From positions 352,001 through 416,000 of the forward strand of contig CAVRCJ010000006.1 in assembly GCA_963719515.1 (NCBI GenBank): a stretch of 64,000 bases of DNA, given 5' to 3'. This DNA comes from an uncultured cyanobacterium. Lineage in GTDB: Bacteria; Cyanobacteriota; Cyanobacteriia; CAKZMO01. The translations under genes were made by a program, and so were the position numbers. The notes below the pieces were generated by a model that saw nothing but the letters and a program-made list of their open reading frames with translations, was not told the origin of the DNA and did no database searches. Positions 60,810 through 64,000 of the stretch are shown here, one piece after another; positions within the stretch are counted from its first letter, which is position 1; each line of letters starts with the position of its first letter.

Positions 60810-61169
60810 CTAGCTGCGCGAGCCCGCAATCCGGTTGGGCAGTATCGTCGGCTCTTCCACGGCCCTCCGGAACTCTTCAACCTCTTCGTTAAAGTCAATG
60901 GGCATGACGGCAACCACGTTCTCGTGGGGTCGAGGAATAATGACCCAGGTCTCTAGAACGCCACCCGGTGTATTCTCAGCGGCCTCAACACCCGCTGCCA
61001 TCGCGGCTTTGACCTCAGAGACATCGCCCCGAATGTTGACGACGAATCGGGCGCTTCCCCCACGGATATAGCCAATCAGCGTCACGCGGCCCGCCTTAAC
61101 CATGGCGTCAGCGGCGGCTAGCACGGGCGGAAATCCTTTCGTTTCGAGCGATCCAACTGCCTGGGGCAT
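60810..61169 (-). CDS. ccmK4: Carboxysome shell protein CcmK4
   Basis: MPQAVGSLETKGFPPVLAAADAMVKAGRV...IIPRPHENV. Confidence 0.9.
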   Translation of the reverse strand: MPQAVGSLETKGFPPVLAAADAMVKAGRVTLIGYIRGGSARFVVNIRGDVSEVKAAMAAGVEAAENTPGGVLETWVIIPRPHENVVAVMPIDFNEEVEEFRRAVEEPTILPNRIAGSRS

Positions 61170-61367
61170 ACCAACTCTCCTTACATCAATCTTGCCTGTG
61201 GATTTATCAGCGTGAAAAGCCCGTAGAAGCGCATCAGCGACCAATATCTCTACATCATTCTACGGGGGTTTGCTCCCATTTTTTGGCCCAAGCTGCTTCA
61301 TCTCCGCATTTGGGCGATTCTTAAAATCTGCTTAGCGGACAGCAATGCTTCGACATAAAGAGAAACA

Positions 61368-61682
61368 TTACGAAACGCGGAAGGGTTCGGACTCTTCGGT
61401 GAAGTCAATGGGCATCACTGAGACCGTATTGGGGGTTGGATTGGGGATGTAGCAGTGACAGGTAACCTCGCCGTTGTAGGGTAGGTCGCTCGTGGCCAGC
61501 TTGCCCGCTTCCATAGCTCGCTTAACTTCTGCCACGGGGCCTCGAATGACGACGAAGTGACGGCCACTGTCGGCCTGCTCCCGCCGCACAAAGGTGACGC
61601 GCCCCGCCTTGATCATGGCATCTGCCGCGAGCATAGAGGCAGGAAGACCGTGGGTTTCGATGACGCCAACAGCAATAGGCAT
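61368..61682 (-). CDS. ccmK3: Carboxysome shell protein CcmK3
   Basis: MPIAVGVIET...AADAMIKAGRV...IPNP...MPIDFTEESEPFR, directly upstream of ccmK4. Confidence 0.85.
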   Translation of the reverse strand: MPIAVGVIETHGLPASMLAADAMIKAGRVTFVRREQADSGRHFVVIRGPVAEVKRAMEAGKLATSDLPYNGEVTCHCYIPNPTPNTVSVMPIDFTEESEPFRVS

Positions 61683-61722
61683 TTGAGAGTTCTCCAGTTT
61701 CAATAGCGATGGTTTGCAGGTC

Positions 61723-62301
61723 CTAGACCTTGAGCAGGCTAGGCTCACCAGCGGAGGCAATCACCTGCTCGCAGCGAGACTGGGGGTAAGCCCACCCGTA
61801 GTGACATTCATTGGGGTCGCCCCAGCATAAGCCCAAATATAGCTCAGCGCGGCCCGCCTCAATCTCTACCCACTCCGCCGCCTGAATGCGCTCGTCAGCT
61901 TGCTTTGCAAAGATTGTTCGAGTCGGGTTCAGCTGCCATAGAGGCATCTGACCAGCCTGCTCTCGCCAAAAGGCCAAAATTCTGGGCTTACTCGCAATCA
62001 GGTCGTCTTTATCGCTGCCAATGGCCACCAGCTGATTGTGAATTTCGGAAAACTGGATGACCTGTCCGTTAAACTGACAGCTGCGCTGAATGAGTCCCGA
62101 TACGCTGTGGTCAATCTGATATTGGTGAATCTGACTGCGAAAATCTCGATAGGCGTACACCTTGCTGAGCTTTTCGGTGCCCAGCGCCTTTTCCATGACC
62201 GGATCGAGCCGACTCGACGACAGAAGAAGGCGATCGCCTTTCCAAGCGGCCTGAAGCTCTTCGTCCAAAATCCGAATCAGCTGCTCGGTACTGTAGGGCA
62301 T
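61723..62301 (-). CDS. Cyanobacterial hypothetical protein
   Basis: YSTEQLIRILDEEL, FRSQIHQYQ..H.VSG, YLGLCWG. Confidence 0.65.
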   Translation of the reverse strand: MPYSTEQLIRILDEELQAAWKGDRLLLSSSRLDPVMEKALGTEKLSKVYAYRDFRSQIHQYQIDHSVSGLIQRSCQFNGQVIQFSEIHNQLVAIGSDKDDLIASKPRILAFWREQAGQMPLWQLNPTRTIFAKQADERIQAAEWVEIEAGRAELYLGLCWGDPNECHYGWAYPQSRCEQVIASAGEPSLLKV

Positions 62302-62313
62302 TGTGTGGGGCAG

Positions 62314-62490
62314 CTAGTCGAGATAGCCGAGCATGTCGTCCATATTCTCAGTGGTGTTATCGCCGACGGGGCGATTGCGGGGCAGCGGACGAACGGGGGG
62401 GCGACGAATATCAATCTGCGGCGATCGCTGAATGTTGAGTCTGTCAGCGCGGGGGGTGGGCTGAATCTTGTAGCGGGGATCTGAGGTCAT
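62314..62490 (-). CDS. Small hypothetical protein (58 aa), not in the ORF track
   Basis: MTSDPRYKIQPTPRADRLNIQRSPQIDIRRPPVRPLPRNRPVGDNTTENMDDMLGYLD; ends 13 nt before the next gene on the same strand. Confidence 0.6.
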   Translation of the reverse strand: MTSDPRYKIQPTPRADRLNIQRSPQIDIRRPPVRPLPRNRPVGDNTTENMDDMLGYLD

Positions 62491-62637
62491 GATTTAATAG
62501 CGATAATACTGTTGCCCAAGGCCAATGCGTTGGAATGTGCTGGCCAATGCCCTGAGGCTATGGACTTCTCCTATCTTACTCGCCAATCTCCCCCCAATCG
62601 CGATCGCCCTTTACTCATTCCCTAAGACAGATACACC

Positions 62638-63399
62638 ATGGTAGATTCCCCCTGGCTCGTTGCCATTGCCCTCAATACCGTTCTAGCGGCGATCGCCTGG
62701 ATTGCGCCTAAGAAGCTGCTGACTCCTATGGGGCTGCTGCACGCCTGGGCTCTAGGGGTGCTGGTGTGGGGCACCTTGGGCTGGGCCGCATACGGCGTGA
62801 TTATGGCCTATTTTTTGGTGGGGTCTGGGGTGACGCGGGTGGGAATGGTGCAGAAGGAGGCTGCGGGCATCGCGGAGAAGCGCTCTGGGGCCAGGGGACC
62901 GGAGAACGTCTGGGGTTCGGCGTTTACGGCGACGCTGTGCGCCTTGGGGGTATGGGCGATTGCGCTAGCTCAGCCTGCTGGAGCCAACGCCTGGACGGCG
63001 GCGCTGCTGCTGGGCTATGTGGCTAGCCTGAGCACCAAGCTGTCGGACACCTGCGCCAGCGAGATTGGCAAAGCCTACGGCAAGCGCACGTTTTTGATCA
63101 CTACGCTGCAGCCGGTTTCTGCCGGGACGGAGGGGGCGGTGAGCTTGGAGGGGACGCTGGCGGGCATTGTCGCATCGCTGGTTTTGGCGCTGTTGGGATG
63201 GGCGCTGGGGTTGATTGGCGCTGTGGGAGTAGGGCTCTGTGCGATCGCTGCCTTTGTGGCTACCAATTTGGAGAGCCTAATTGGGGCAACGCTCCAAGAG
63301 CAGGTGGGCTGGTTGACCAATGAGGTGGTGAATGTGATCAATACGCTAATCGGGGCGGCGGTGGCGATGGGACTGTATGGTGTGTGGCTGTGGGTGTGA
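62638..63399 (+). CDS. DUF92/TIGR00297 membrane protein (VTE6-like)
   Basis: RGPENVWGSA, KLSDTCASEIGKAYG, GTEGAVSLEGT, ESLIGATLQ. Confidence 0.9.
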   Translation: MVDSPWLVAIALNTVLAAIAWIAPKKLLTPMGLLHAWALGVLVWGTLGWAAYGVIMAYFLVGSGVTRVGMVQKEAAGIAEKRSGARGPENVWGSAFTATLCALGVWAIALAQPAGANAWTAALLLGYVASLSTKLSDTCASEIGKAYGKRTFLITTLQPVSAGTEGAVSLEGTLAGIVASLVLALLGWALGLIGAVGVGLCAIAAFVATNLESLIGATLQEQVGWLTNEVVNVINTLIGAAVAMGLYGVWLWV

Positions 63400-63483
63400 T
63401 ATCAGCTGGCTTAGGCAGGCCGCGGCATCGCAAGGCGTAGGGGTGTGGTGTACTGACCGGGTAGGGGGCTGTCCGCATAGCGC

Positions 63484-64000
63484 CTATACGCTGACATAGC
63501 GACGCACATAGCTCTCCAGCGACTCCATCTTCAGATCAAATACCTTCTCCAAGTGAGCCACCTCATCCGCGGAGCAGAAAAACTCATTGCCCAGCAGCGT
63601 CCGCAGCGTTCCTAGAGTTTCCTTCGCCTCAGGATTCACGAAGCCCAGCGCCGTGCGCACTCCGTCTACCACCGACAGCGGCAGGTTGACAACAATGGGC
63701 TCTCGGTTAAATATCTGACCAAAGATGCGGGAAATATCCTGTCGCTGCAGCACATCGGGACCGCCCACCGCGAAAATCTCGTTACGGGCGGCCTCTGTGT
63801 TGGCCGCCGTCGCCGCAATGTGGGCTAGGTCATCAGTGCTGACAATGGAGGTGCGGGCCGTGGGCTCGCCAATGAGCAGATATAGCCCAGTTTGCTTGAA
63901 CCGCTCCGCCGGGGAGACTAAGTTGGAGGCAAACCCGGAAGGCCGCAGAATCGTGTAGGACAGGCCGCTGCGCTGCAGGTACTTCTCCACCTCGCGCTTG
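63484..64000 (-). CDS. NmrA/NAD(P)-binding SDR protein, 3' part (runs off the window end)
   Basis: SGLSYTILRP, SIVSTDDLA, FAVGGP. Confidence 0.8.
   Translation of the reverse strand, partial: KREVEKYLQRSGLSYTILRPSGFASNLVSPAERFKQTGLYLLIGEPTARTSIVSTDDLAHIAATAANTEAARNEIFAVGGPDVLQRQDISRIFGQIFNREPIVVNLPLSVVDGVRTALGFVNPEAKETLGTLRTLLGNEFFCSADEVAHLEKVFDLKMESLESYVRRYVSV

Noticed and set aside
1..64000. Apparent abundance of CTAG and HIP1
   Set aside because: HIP1 is expected in cyanobacteria. CTAG looked roughly at chance frequency in a spot check and would need a k-mer count.

Overview
Chromosomal window from a cyanobacterium, probably filamentous. Support: dense HIP1 GCGATCGC octamers, nblB, petG, cytM, ccmK3/K4, Tic22, a hetZ-related gene and an RGSGR-bearing patX-like gene. 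Most of it is core genome (metF, sodN, larC, ribF, surE, pheS, prmC, group 2 sigma, menG, apt, hisH, rsmD). An accessory block at about 12.7-24.6 kb is bracketed by two outward-pointing IS200/IS605 TnpB elements whose ends, TAMs (CCAT, TTTAT) and guides can be inferred from the sequence. The block holds a probable NtcA-controlled amidohydrolase/ABC operon, an AT-rich split TIR-NTPase-TPR-TM gene with a possible IS3 end scar, and a nested GT2<IS3<tnpB insertion whose tnpB carries two in-frame mini-repeat insertions. Other highlights: a coupled GNAT + NAD-dependent reductase pair resembling bacterial ceramide synthase/reductase (bCerS/CerR), a CBM2-GH9 cellulase, a VWA protein and a sulfated-EPS cluster. 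No rRNA, tRNA or CRISPR array was seen. All calls come from reading motifs by eye; no database searches were run.
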